Below the pieces are notes generated by a model, which searched no databases, was not told the origin of the DNA, and saw nothing but the letters and a program-made list of their open reading frames with translations. This document shows, one piece after another, positions 7,553 to 16,434 of a stretch of 32,000 nt of DNA. Both the position numbers and the translations under genes were made by a program. The DNA is from Alkalilimnicola ehrlichii MLHE-1 (lineage in GTDB: Bacteria; Pseudomonadota; Gammaproteobacteria; Nitrococcales; Halorhodospiraceae): assembly GCF_000014785.1 (NCBI RefSeq), contig NC_008340.1:2010001-2042000 (forward strand). Reading direction: 5' to 3'. Numbering within the stretch: the stretch's first letter is position 1; every line of letters starts with the position of its first letter.

Positions 7553-8452
7553 TCAGGGCTTGGCCGCCTGCACGTGCATCCAGTCGAAGTTCCGGGCGCG
7601 ACCGAGGCTCACCCAGCCCTCCTCCTCCCAGAACCGCCACCAGGGGTCGTATTCGGGGCGTGCCAGGCGGGCGCGGTCGCGGCCCCAGCGCAACTTATTC
7701 TGATCCGGATCCCAGTCGATGGCCACCCCCCAGGCGTGGGTGGACCAGCTACTGCCGCCGCGCTTGCGCCGGCAGTTGTAGCAGCCACCGTAACGGTTCA
7801 GGCGCAGCTCACGCAGGCGCTCCTCGCCATAGTGCGCGTACACCCGCTCCAGCACCCGGCGCAGGCTTTCGGCCACCCGCTCATGGCAACCGATATGATC
7901 GCAGGTGGTACGCAGGTCCCAGGCCAGTGAGAGGGTCCACGGGCAGGGTACGCGCACGAGGTTCGCCTCGCAGGGGCTGCCGAAGGCCTCGATGAGCGCG
8001 GCCTCGCGCGGCCAGCCGTTGGGATTGACGTCGACCACCGGCTCGTCGCGCCAGGCGGGTGGCGGTTCCCCCGTCTCGAACAGCGTGGCGAGCGAGTCGG
8101 CGGCAAAGTCCGTCTGCGGGCCCCATAGGCCGTCCACCGGCCCGGCTTCGATGTCGCGGTCCAGGGCACCCCGCTGGAGGCAGGCCACGGCACGCCGCCG
8201 CGCGGACCAGCCCTCGACAGCGTCGGGAAAACCATCCCGACGGGCCTCGATCATGCCGTTCACCGCCTTATTGGTGAGCGGTCCGCGCAGGCCATCGATC
8301 TTGCCGCTGTAGGTTCCCGCATCGCGCAGGATGCGCTGCAGGCTTTTGACCGCTGTCTTGTTCACGGGTACTGCTCCCTGCCACAGCCTGATTGGAGCTG
8401 AGGCCCCGCCATAATGGGCCCCACCTGCCTGAAAGCTTAGCCCTTTACTCAA
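7553..8452 (-). CDS. Peptidoglycan-binding domain + M15-family peptidase (endolysin-like cell-wall hydrolase).
   Basis: PG_binding_1-like VKSLQRILRDAGTYSGKIDGLRGPLTNKAV; M15 metal motifs STHAWGVAID and DWMHV. The track start is TTG at 8452; a GTG at 8365 with a GGGAG SD is a plausible shorter start. No signal peptide is evident. Confidence 0.8.
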   Translation of the reverse strand: MSKGLSFQAGGAHYGGASAPIRLWQGAVPVNKTAVKSLQRILRDAGTYSGKIDGLRGPLTNKAVNGMIEARRDGFPDAVEGWSARRRAVACLQRGALDRDIEAGPVDGLWGPQTDFAADSLATLFETGEPPPAWRDEPVVDVNPNGWPREAALIEAFGSPCEANLVRVPCPWTLSLAWDLRTTCDHIGCHERVAESLRRVLERVYAHYGEERLRELRLNRYGGCYNCRRKRGGSSWSTHAWGVAIDWDPDQNKLRWGRDRARLARPEYDPWWRFWEEEGWVSLGRARNFDWMHVQAAKP

Positions 8453-8554
8453 GTGCTGCAGTGCACGCGGGCGTCTTGCTCGTCTGCCTGGCGGTGAGTT
8501 ACGCCGTGGCGGTGATCTATATTGGCTTCAAGGCGTGGCCAATGGAGAAAAGCC

Positions 8555-10336
8555 ATGGAATCTGAGTCGCAACCAGGCAGCAGCCGCCAAGATGGCGAAC
8601 ACTCGCGTAGCACCCTCGTCGTTCTTCTGCACGCGTTCGGCAAGACCCCCGCGTCGCTGGACGATCTGGTGGAACTCCTTCAGCGGCAACCGCAATACCG
8701 TGATGCCGAATTCTTCGTGCCACCGCTTCCGTTGGGGTACGCTTCCCTGTCCGACCCAGTGGCTATAGCGAACGAAATCGTGACCGGCATAGACCGACAG
8801 TGGGTCGCCTCCAACGGCGAGATCGAGCGCATCGTTTTGATCGGGCACAGCTACGGTGCTCTTCTCGCACGGAAGGTCTATGTCGTAGCTTGCGGCGAAA
8901 CGCCGAAGGCCCCATTCGACCCGACAATAATGCATAGGACCGGCCGACCTTGGGCGGCGAAGGTTGAGCGGCTCGTGCTATTGGCTGGTATGAACCGCGG
9001 ATGGCGCATCTCCCACCACCTCTCGTTGTTCAAAGCCATCTACTGGACCATCGGCACCTGGGTAGGTGCCCTACTGTGGCTTATCAAGCGCAGGCCGCCA
9101 GCTATCTTTTGCATCCGGCGGGGCGCCTCTTTCATCACGCAACTACGAGTGCAATGGCTGTGGATGCGCCGTTTTGCACGAGAGCGCGGTTATGGAGATG
9201 CACTCACGATCCAACTCTTGGGGTCTATCGATGACATAGTCGCCCCGGAAGACAACGTTGATCTGGTATCGGGCCGGGATTTCGTCTACCTCGACGTGCC
9301 CCACTCCGGCCATGGCAACGTAATTAGGGTGGCAGACCCGGAACCACTAGCGACACCCACGGCAGCCGGCGCATGCACCCGGGGACAGGCGCGGGCCAGT
9401 CAGATCCTGAAGGCGCTTCTGGCACCCGTTGAGGCGCTCAAAGCCGAGTCGGTTCTGCCCCATGACCATGCCCCCGCCGACAGCGACGAAACGGTGCGGG
9501 ACGTGGTGTTTGTAATCCACGGCATACGCGACCGCGGTTACTGGACCCACAAGATTGCGCGCCGGGTGCAGTCTTTGGCCCAACAGCGTGGTGGGGCCGG
9601 ATTGCGAATCGCCACCGCCACCTCAAGCTACGGCTATTTCCCCATGCTCCCTTTCCTGATGCTGCATAAACGCAGGGAGAAAGTGGAGTGGCTAATGGAC
9701 CAGTACACCGAGGCACTGGCCCGTTGGCCGAATGCCCGATTCTCCTTTATCGGGCATAGCAACGGCACCTATCTTCTGGCGCGAGCACTCCGCGATTATC
9801 CCTCATGCCGTTTCCACAATGTGGTATTCGCCGGCAGCGTGGTGCCCACCCATTACCCATGGGGTGAGGCCATTGAACGGGGGCAGGTCCAACGGGTTCT
9901 AAACTATGTAGCCACAAGCGATTGGGTGGTCGCCATCTTCCCGAAAGCGTTGGAGATGGTGGAGTGGCAGGACTTGGGAAGCGCCGGGCATGACGGCTTT
10001 CGGGAGCCGAGAACGCCCGCGGTGGCCCAGGTCCACTATGTGCGCGGGGCCCACAGCGCCGCGCTAAGCGAGGATAACTGGGATGCGCTGGCGAGTTTCA
10101 TCCTGGACGGAAAGCCGCTCCCACCGCCGGAGGCCTTGCAGGCAAAGAAGCAATCATTGGTGGTCGGCCTCGCCGGCTCCGTAGCGCCGTTGGTCTGCTT
10201 GGCCCTGATAGGTCTCGCCCTGTTGGCTGGTATCGGCATCTGGCAGTGGGAGCCGGACTACCCCCCGGTCAATATCAGCACCCTGGCCACCCTCGCCTTC
10301 GTGGCAGCGATCTGGCACGTCGTGACCCGCCTATGA
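8555..10336 (+). CDS. Tandem double alpha/beta-hydrolase (lipase/esterase-like) with a C-terminal membrane anchor.
   Basis: Two nucleophile elbows, LIGHSYGALLA and FIGHSNGTYLLA, each preceded by a VV(L/F)xHG strand. Two hydrophobic helices at the C-terminus. ATG at 8555 with a GGAGAA SD (the track starts at TTG 8522). Confidence 0.8.
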   Translation: MESESQPGSSRQDGEHSRSTLVVLLHAFGKTPASLDDLVELLQRQPQYRDAEFFVPPLPLGYASLSDPVAIANEIVTGIDRQWVASNGEIERIVLIGHSYGALLARKVYVVACGETPKAPFDPTIMHRTGRPWAAKVERLVLLAGMNRGWRISHHLSLFKAIYWTIGTWVGALLWLIKRRPPAIFCIRRGASFITQLRVQWLWMRRFARERGYGDALTIQLLGSIDDIVAPEDNVDLVSGRDFVYLDVPHSGHGNVIRVADPEPLATPTAAGACTRGQARASQILKALLAPVEALKAESVLPHDHAPADSDETVRDVVFVIHGIRDRGYWTHKIARRVQSLAQQRGGAGLRIATATSSYGYFPMLPFLMLHKRREKVEWLMDQYTEALARWPNARFSFIGHSNGTYLLARALRDYPSCRFHNVVFAGSVVPTHYPWGEAIERGQVQRVLNYVATSDWVVAIFPKALEMVEWQDLGSAGHDGFREPRTPAVAQVHYVRGAHSAALSEDNWDALASFILDGKPLPPPEALQAKKQSLVVGLAGSVAPLVCLALIGLALLAGIGIWQWEPDYPPVNISTLATLAFVAAIWHVVTRL

Positions 10337-10350
10337 GTGCATCCAAGCCG

Positions 10351-10764
10351 TTACCGGTGGTACTCGCCAGAGCGCTCCGGTTGGTACAGGATCTCCTCAA
10401 TGCGGACCCGCAGCACACCGCCGCCCGGCTTCGGCCACTCGATCTCGTCGCCCTGGGAGAGTCCCAGCAGCGCACTGCCCACCGGGGCCAGCACCGAGAT
10501 CTTGCCGCTGGTGGCATCCATATCCTTGGGATAGACCAGCGTCAGGGTAAACTCTTCGGAGGAAGAGGCCACGCGGAAGCGCACCGTGGAGTTCATGGAC
10601 ACCACGGTGGGCGGGATATCCTCTGGCTCCACGATTTCCGCCCGTTCCAGCTCCGCCTTGAGTTCAGCCTTGCTTGGAACGCCGCCCGCCGGCAGCGAGT
10701 CCAGCAAATCGTAAAGCCGGTCCGCATCCAAAGTGGAAATGACAATATTCGGTCTTTCGCTCAT
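10351..10764 (-). CDS. rnk: Regulator of nucleoside diphosphate kinase, GreA/GreB-family C-terminal domain protein.
   Basis: 137 aa from ATG 10764: MSERPNIVISTLDADRLYDLL...ISVLAPVGSALLGLSQGDEIEW. Typical Rnk length and motifs. Confidence 0.85.
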   Translation of the reverse strand: MSERPNIVISTLDADRLYDLLDSLPAGGVPSKAELKAELERAEIVEPEDIPPTVVSMNSTVRFRVASSSEEFTLTLVYPKDMDATSGKISVLAPVGSALLGLSQGDEIEWPKPGGGVLRVRIEEILYQPERSGEYHR

Positions 10765-10922
10765 TAAATCGTTCCCACATAAAAAATGGGCCCCCACGCG
10801 GCGGGGTAGACCACCCTGCCGTATAGGGGCCGCATCGTTGTCTGATCGGTAACAGTAATACCGAAGACTGCCACGTTGCCCGCGCGGAGACAAGCGGGGG
10901 AACGGGCCGCTCCCCGGACCAA

Positions 10923-11477
10923 TCAGCGTTCGAAAAACGCCCTCAGTGATTCCTCACGCGCACGAACGGCCTGCAGATCCTGTTCGGGCACCTCGGGCAC
11001 CGCGTCGGCCATGATCTGCTTTTGCTGCTCCAACGCCTCCCGCATCTGCGCCTTCTGCTCCTCAGTGAGGTGCGGACTCTCCTCCAGGTCCCGCAGCGCC
11101 TGCTGCCGTTCCCGTTCCATCTCCGGTGCCATCCGCTCCATCTCCAGGGCATAAAAGGCGTTGAATATGCGGTTGCTGGTCCGCGCCCACGCCTGGGCAT
11201 CCTCGAAGCCGTGGCGCTGCATGAGCTCCTGCACCGCCGCGTGCTGCCTGGCCGCTTCCGCCATCACGCGGCCGAACTCCCCCGGCGCCATATCGCCGGG
11301 ATCGTCCATCGCCCGCAACTCCCGCTCTAGATCGTCGGCCTCTTCCTCCGCCCATTCGTCCAGCGCCTGCAGGGCGTTCAACCAGCGATCGACGGTCGCC
11401 CCGTCCAGGGCATGGGCCGGGGCAGCGACCAGCAGCGCCAGCACCCACAGGACCAGCATCCCTTTACGAATGTGCAT
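10923..11477 (-). CDS. Secreted acidic alpha-helical protein of unknown function.
   Basis: ATG at 11477 with a GGAGG SD. Signal peptide MHIRKGMLVLWVLALLVAAPAHA; E/R/Q/A-rich mature part. Confidence 0.65.
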   Translation of the reverse strand: MHIRKGMLVLWVLALLVAAPAHALDGATVDRWLNALQALDEWAEEEADDLERELRAMDDPGDMAPGEFGRVMAEAARQHAAVQELMQRHGFEDAQAWARTSNRIFNAFYALEMERMAPEMERERQQALRDLEESPHLTEEQKAQMREALEQQKQIMADAVPEVPEQDLQAVRAREESLRAFFER

Positions 11478-11578
11478 CAATTGTCCCCCTCCCTGATTCT
11501 CCCGCTCCGGGCCTGCCCCATGTTGGCAGATGACCGCCATTTTCTCCAATCGCCTGCACCGCCGCCCAATAGCCCTGG

Positions 11579-12223
11579 CTAGCGTTCGACCACCGACCAG
11601 CCGTCGTCCTGCCTCACGAAGGTGATCTCCTCGGTGAAGGGCTGCCCCTGTTCATGATGCGCGACCAGTTCGTCCAGACGGGGGCTGCCCACCGACCGCG
11701 CCCAGTGCTCGCGTGAGGCCTGGAGCAGCGTCTCGAAGTGCGGGCTGTCGGCAAAGCCCGCCAGCTCGGTCCGGGACTCGGCGACGGCGGTGATCACCTT
11801 GCGCCCCTGGAGCTCGAAAGGCGATGAGATGTCGTGCAGGCGCACCACTTCCAGCGCAACGAAACACAGGCCAATGCCCTCTCGGTGGTAACGCTCGCCG
11901 GTGTCGGTCAGGTGGTAGCGGATCTCGCCATTGCGCCGCTCCTCCAGCACACCCAGCCCAAGCAACGCATCGAAGATCGGGGCCACCTCGTTGCTGCCCA
12001 AACCGCTCGGGCGCTCGATGGGAAAGCGGTTCACCCACTGGAGGTAGACCTGGTCGAAACACCCCCTGGGGCGTTCCGCGTAGCCCGTCCTGACCGCCTC
12101 CTCCAATGCCTGCCGGTCGGGAGTGCCATTGCCACCACAACCACTCAGGCCCACTATAACGGCCAGGAACGCCGCGCCCACCGCAACACCGTACGCCACC
12201 TTCGGTACTGTCTTGCTCATCAT
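11579..12223 (-). CDS. Lipoprotein of unknown function.
   Basis: MMSKTVPKVAYGVAVGAAFLAVIVGLSGCGG has the lipobox LSGC. ATG pair at 12223/12220. Confidence 0.65.
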   Translation of the reverse strand: MMSKTVPKVAYGVAVGAAFLAVIVGLSGCGGNGTPDRQALEEAVRTGYAERPRGCFDQVYLQWVNRFPIERPSGLGSNEVAPIFDALLGLGVLEERRNGEIRYHLTDTGERYHREGIGLCFVALEVVRLHDISSPFELQGRKVITAVAESRTELAGFADSPHFETLLQASREHWARSVGSPRLDELVAHHEQGQPFTEEITFVRQDDGWSVVER

Positions 12224-12461
12224 CGATACACCCACTATCGGGACCTGCCCCATCACTCCCGGCGACACCGGCCTGCGGGCCAGGGTCTACCCGCCAAAGA
12301 TAGCCCCTCTGCGCTGGTACGGGGAAACACGTAAGTAGTTACGCGAATGGTGGGCTGACGGCAGGTTACTCACACTGACCCAGGTGGCCATACGGCCACG
12401 TTCCGCCCTCAGGCCCGCGTAAGCGCAAGGCCCGCCGCTTGTTGTGATGGGAGACCAACCG

Positions 12462-13337
12462 ATGTCCTGGCCGCTTTACATGCCCACCGCCGCCCTCACC
12501 TTCGCCGTTGCCGTAGGGGCATCCGCCGCCAGCCCCACCCTGGGCGCGGAACCGGGGCGCCAGACCCTCGACGAGACTTTCGCGCCCTATGCCGAGTTGC
12601 TGGACCGCCATCTCCTTGAAAAGGCGTTGCCCAACGGCGGGCTCGTTTCGGCATTCGATTACCAGGCGGCCCTGGACCACCCGGAAACCGAGGCCCTGCT
12701 CCAGGAGCAGGACCAACTGCTGGCACTGTTCGACCGTGCCAGCCTGGATGAACGGCAGCGGGCGGTGGCCTTCTGGCTGAATACCTACAACTACTTCATG
12801 CTCGCCCATATCCTCAGCAACCCCCGCAATGGCGAGCTGGTGGGCAGCGTCCGCGACTACGGCCATCTGTTTAATCCCTACCGGGTATTCAGCCAAAACC
12901 ACTTCGACATCGGTGGTCGCAAATTCAGCCTCTCGGAGATCGAAAACGAGATCCTGCTGGGCGACGACTACCGCGCCCTGGGCTGGAAGGACGCCCGGGT
13001 GCACTTCGCCGTGAACTGTGCCTCGGTCGGTTGCCCGCCGCTGCGCACCGAGCTTTACCGCCCCGACAACGTGGACGCCCTGCTGGCGGAGAACACCCGC
13101 CGTGCCCTGCGCACCCCGCGGCATTTCGAGCTGCGTGGCGACACACTCTATCTCACCGAGTTATTCGACTGGTACGAGGAGCACTTTGTCGCCGAACAGG
13201 GCTCGGTGAAGGCATGGCTGCGCGCTCACGGCGAAGATGCGGTCGTTGAGGCCGTAGACCGGGCACGCCGTATCCGCCACACCGCTTACGATTGGCAGCT
13301 GAACCGGCCCGAAAACTTCCCCGAGTTCAGCGACTGA
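12462..13337 (+). CDS. DUF547 domain-containing protein (secreted).
   Basis: FWLNTYN...VHFAVNCASVGCPPL...YDWQLN are hallmark DUF547 motifs. ATG at 12462 with a GGGAGA SD and a signal-peptide-like N-terminus. Confidence 0.85.
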   Translation: MSWPLYMPTAALTFAVAVGASAASPTLGAEPGRQTLDETFAPYAELLDRHLLEKALPNGGLVSAFDYQAALDHPETEALLQEQDQLLALFDRASLDERQRAVAFWLNTYNYFMLAHILSNPRNGELVGSVRDYGHLFNPYRVFSQNHFDIGGRKFSLSEIENEILLGDDYRALGWKDARVHFAVNCASVGCPPLRTELYRPDNVDALLAENTRRALRTPRHFELRGDTLYLTELFDWYEEHFVAEQGSVKAWLRAHGEDAVVEAVDRARRIRHTAYDWQLNRPENFPEFSD

Positions 13338-13409
13338 CCAGACCCGCAGCCTCAATGAGCGCAGTACCCCCATCCATCCTGATCGGCGTAACTGGCCCCT
13401 AACCCCGGA

Positions 13410-14855
13410 TCAGAAACTCCCGAACAGGGTGCCCAGGGTGATCAGGACCACGAGCGAGGCGAAGGGCACCACCATGGCGGTCATGGCCAGGTCGAAATAG
13501 GCCTGGCGGTGGGTCAGGCGGGTAATGGCCAGCAGGGTGATCACCGCCCCGTTGTGGGGCAACGTATCCAGCCCGCCGGTGGCGACCGCGGTCACCCGGT
13601 GCAGCAGTTCCGGGTTGATGCCATGCACCTGCGCCATCTCCAGGTAGGTCTCGCCCAGTGTGGACAGGGCGATACTCATGCCGCCGGAGGCGGAGCCGGT
13701 CATGCCGGCCAGCACGTTGACGGCGATGGCCAGCGAGATCAACGGGTTGTCCCCACCCACCCCGACCACCGTGTCGCGAATGAGCAGGAAGGCACCGAGG
13801 GATGCGATGACCGCGCCGAAGCCCACCAGGCTCGCGGTGTTGAAGATGGGCAGCAGGGAGGCATTGGCCCCGTTGTCGACGGATTGCTTGAGCCCGGTCA
13901 GGCGGCGCCAGTTGGTGGCGATCAGCACCAGCAGCGACAACACCAGCGCGGCGATCACCGACCAGATACCGCGCACCTGATCGATCGCGGTTTCCCCGTA
14001 GATCGGCAGGGCGAGGTAGTCGGTGTCCATGCGCGGGATGATCAGGAAGGTGAACACCAGGTTTATAGCGATCACCAACACCAGAGGGAGCACGGCGATC
14101 AGGATGGGCGGCGGCCCGACCGGTTGCTGCTCGACCGGAAGCTCCATGAGGTCGAAGCCCTCGCCTGCCGCCCGTTCGCGCAATTCTTTGTCGGGCGTGA
14201 AATCCGCGTCGTCATGGTCCCCGTAGCCTTCCTTCGCGAGCTTCCGGGCACGGTACTGGAGCCAGAGCATCCCCAGCGAGAACATCACCACCGCGGTGAT
14301 CACCCCGAGCCCGGGGGCGGCGAAGGGCGAGGTGCCGAAGTACGGCATCGGGATGGCGTTCTGTATGGCTGGCGTGCCCGGCAAGGCGGTCATGGTGAAG
14401 GTGAACGCCCCCAGGGCGATGGTGGCTGGAATCAGCCGCTTGGGGATATCGGCCTGCCGGAACAGCGCCGCCGCAATGGGGAAGACGGCAAAGGCCACCA
14501 CGAACAGCGAGACACCGCCGTAGGTCATCACGGCACAGGAGAGCACCACGGCCAGAATGGCGCGGTTGCTGCCGAGCCGCTCGATGATGGCGTTGGCGAG
14601 CACCTCCGCGCTGCCCGAGTCCTCCATCAGCTTCCCGAACACCGCGCCGAGCAGGAATACCGGGAAGTAGAGGGCGATGAAGTCGGCGGTACTGCCCATG
14701 AAGATCTGCGTGTAACTCGCCAGCACCCGGCCCTCGAGGCTGGCCACCACCGCAAAGGTGGCCAGCGCCGGTGCCAGGATCAGCAGGCTGATCCCGCGAT
14801 AGGCGAGATAGATCAACAGCCCCAGCGTGATCAGGATGACGACTATGCCCAGCAC
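13410..14855 (-). CDS. GntP-family permease (gluconate/hydroxy-acid:H+ symporter type).
   Basis: 481-aa polytopic protein with a GntP-like N-terminus MLGIVVILITLGLLIYLAYRG...FGKLMEDSG. GTG start 4 nt after the patatin stop, with a GGGGAG SD. Confidence 0.8.
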   Translation of the reverse strand: MLGIVVILITLGLLIYLAYRGISLLILAPALATFAVVASLEGRVLASYTQIFMGSTADFIALYFPVFLLGAVFGKLMEDSGSAEVLANAIIERLGSNRAILAVVLSCAVMTYGGVSLFVVAFAVFPIAAALFRQADIPKRLIPATIALGAFTFTMTALPGTPAIQNAIPMPYFGTSPFAAPGLGVITAVVMFSLGMLWLQYRARKLAKEGYGDHDDADFTPDKELRERAAGEGFDLMELPVEQQPVGPPPILIAVLPLVLVIAINLVFTFLIIPRMDTDYLALPIYGETAIDQVRGIWSVIAALVLSLLVLIATNWRRLTGLKQSVDNGANASLLPIFNTASLVGFGAVIASLGAFLLIRDTVVGVGGDNPLISLAIAVNVLAGMTGSASGGMSIALSTLGETYLEMAQVHGINPELLHRVTAVATGGLDTLPHNGAVITLLAITRLTHRQAYFDLAMTAMVVPFASLVVLITLGTLFGSF

Positions 14856-14859
14856 GGCC

Positions 14860-15942
14860 TTACTCCCCTTTCCCGGTGGTGGCGTCCGATCCGGGGATTT
14901 GGGGCGGCTGGAAGCTGTCCTCGAACAGGCTGCTCAGGTCGAAGGTCGAGCGAACACCCAGGTCATCGAAGTGGTGTGCCAGGAAACGGTCCGCCCACGC
15001 CCAGCCGCGCGCCTTGAGGTGCAGAAGGTACTCCCACTCCGCGTTCATCTTGCTGGAGGCATCCAGGTCCTTGAGCTCCTCGTGGGCGTGGATCAGGTGC
15101 ACGTAGATATCGCGGTAGCGTTCCGATTCCAGCTTCTCGGCCTCGATAAGCTGGTGCAGCAGCGCGATGGAGCGCAGCTCCTTGATCAGACTGGCGTTGA
15201 AGGTGATCTCGTTGACGCGGTTGATGATCTCGCGGCCCGTACGCGGCAGCGCCTCGCGCCGTAACGGGTTGATCTGCACCACGATCAGGTCGCGCGTGGC
15301 CTTGTCCTCCACCAGGGGATAGAGGGCCGGGTTGCCGATATAGCCCCCGTCCCAGTACGCCTCGCCGTCGATCTCCACGGCCTGAAAGGCAAACGGCAGG
15401 CAGGCGGAAGCCATGACCGAGTCCACGGAGATCTCCGGCTGGGTGAAGGTGCGGCCGCGCCCGGTCCGCACATTGGTGGCGGTGACAAACACCTTCAGGT
15501 CCGCGCAATGGTTGACCCGGGAAAAATCCACCGTTTCGGCCACCAGGTCGCGCAGGGGATTGATGTTGAGGGGGTTGAGTTCGTAGGGCGAGAACTGCCG
15601 GGTCAGGTGCTCGAAGAACAGGTAGCCGGGCGAATTGTCCAGGCTGTAATTGCTGGTCATGCGGTCCCACAGGCTGCGCTGAACCGGAGAGAACCGTGCC
15701 GAATCACTGACCTGTTTCCAGAAGGCCTCCAGGGCCTTGCGTGCGCCTTCCCGGCCGTCGCGGTCCAGACCGTCCGCCATCACCACGGCATTCATGGCAC
15801 CGGCACTGGTGCCGCTGACGCTGGAGATGCGAATACGCAAATCCTCCAGCAGCCGGTCCAGTACCCCCCAGGTCAAGGCGCCGTGGGCACCGCCTCCCTG
15901 CAATGCGAGGTCTACGATCTTGCATGGTTCGCCTTGTGACAT
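14860..15942 (-). CDS. Patatin-like phospholipase (long C-terminal extension type).
   Basis: LALQGGGAHGALTWGVL, GTSAGAMNA, WDGGY motifs. ATG at 15942 (MSQGEPCKIVDLAL...). Confidence 0.88.
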   Translation of the reverse strand: MSQGEPCKIVDLALQGGGAHGALTWGVLDRLLEDLRIRISSVSGTSAGAMNAVVMADGLDRDGREGARKALEAFWKQVSDSARFSPVQRSLWDRMTSNYSLDNSPGYLFFEHLTRQFSPYELNPLNINPLRDLVAETVDFSRVNHCADLKVFVTATNVRTGRGRTFTQPEISVDSVMASACLPFAFQAVEIDGEAYWDGGYIGNPALYPLVEDKATRDLIVVQINPLRREALPRTGREIINRVNEITFNASLIKELRSIALLHQLIEAEKLESERYRDIYVHLIHAHEELKDLDASSKMNAEWEYLLHLKARGWAWADRFLAHHFDDLGVRSTFDLSSLFEDSFQPPQIPGSDATTGKGE

Positions 15943-16028
15943 GGCGCTGCCTCGGTGGATAGGCGCATGGAACTGCCATGCTGCATGCACTCTAGACCAT
16001 GCACCGGGCCTTGGCCTGCCTCACCCAC

Positions 16029-16062
16029 GCGGCCGCCCGCGCTGAAAGCGCCTGGCGGCCGC
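16029..16062. other. GC-rich extended hairpin / inverted repeat in a divergent intergenic region.
   Basis: GCGGCCGCC-c-GCGCT-gaa-AGCGC-ct-GGCGGCCGC gives 9+5 bp of perfect pairing. No U-tract follows. It lies between the divergent patatin and DUF3185 genes. Confidence 0.6.
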
Positions 16063-16201
16063 GCCCTGTGCGGTCTCAGGAGAGGACTACACTCGTAGGC
16101 GAAGGGTGCACTCCCGTGGGAATGATCGGGCGCAGCGACCCGGAAGCAATCGGTGACAAGACCGGGGGGGCAACTCCTTCGGTGTTCATGGGAGAAGCGT
16201 T

Positions 16202-16411
16202 ATGAGCCCCATTCGCATTCTTGGTATTGCCCTACTGGCCGGCGGCATCATTGCCCTGTATCTCGGCTGGCAAGCCTCACAGGGCCTGATGGAGCAGGCG
16301 CATGAGGCCTTTACCGGCCGCTTTACCGACGAGACCATGTGGTACTTCATCGGCGGAGGTGCGGCGACGGTAGCGGGACTGGCCCTGGTACTGTTCGGTG
16401 GTCGCCAGTAG
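16202..16411 (+). CDS. DUF3185-family small membrane protein.
   Basis: 69 aa with two TM helices (ILGIALLAGGIIALYLGW ... GGGAATVAGLALVLFG). GGGAGAAG SD. Confidence 0.75.
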   Translation: MSPIRILGIALLAGGIIALYLGWQASQGLMEQAHEAFTGRFTDETMWYFIGGGAATVAGLALVLFGGRQ

Positions 16412-16434
16412 CGGCCAGCCTCCGCCCTGCTCGA

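Noticed and set aside
6396-7640. 414-aa minus-strand ORF overlapping the patatin gene.
   Set aside because: It is an alternate frame of the patatin gene with R/G/A/P-rich nonsense, whereas the patatin frame carries all catalytic motifs.
12405-12430. GTAAGCG string upstream of the DUF547 gene as a solo IS66 inverted repeat.
   Set aside because: Only the first 7 nt match the IS66 termini and the rest diverges. There is no TSD or partner end.
12366-13124. 252-aa minus-strand ORF.
   Set aside because: It is antisense to the DUF547 gene, which has clear family motifs, and it has no independent support.
13509-15017. 502-aa plus-strand ORF.
   Set aside because: It lies entirely antisense to the GntP permease and the patatin 3' end. 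Its G/R/H/D/Q-rich low-complexity translation is a mirror-frame artefact.
16120-16175. Resemblance of ACCCGG...GGTGACAAGACCGG to the guanidine-III (ykkC-III) riboswitch core.
   Set aside because: Only a short partial string similarity is recalled from memory. The pseudoknot partners are not evident, and the downstream DUF3185 gene is not a known guanidine-associated gene. It needs an Infernal scan before any claim.
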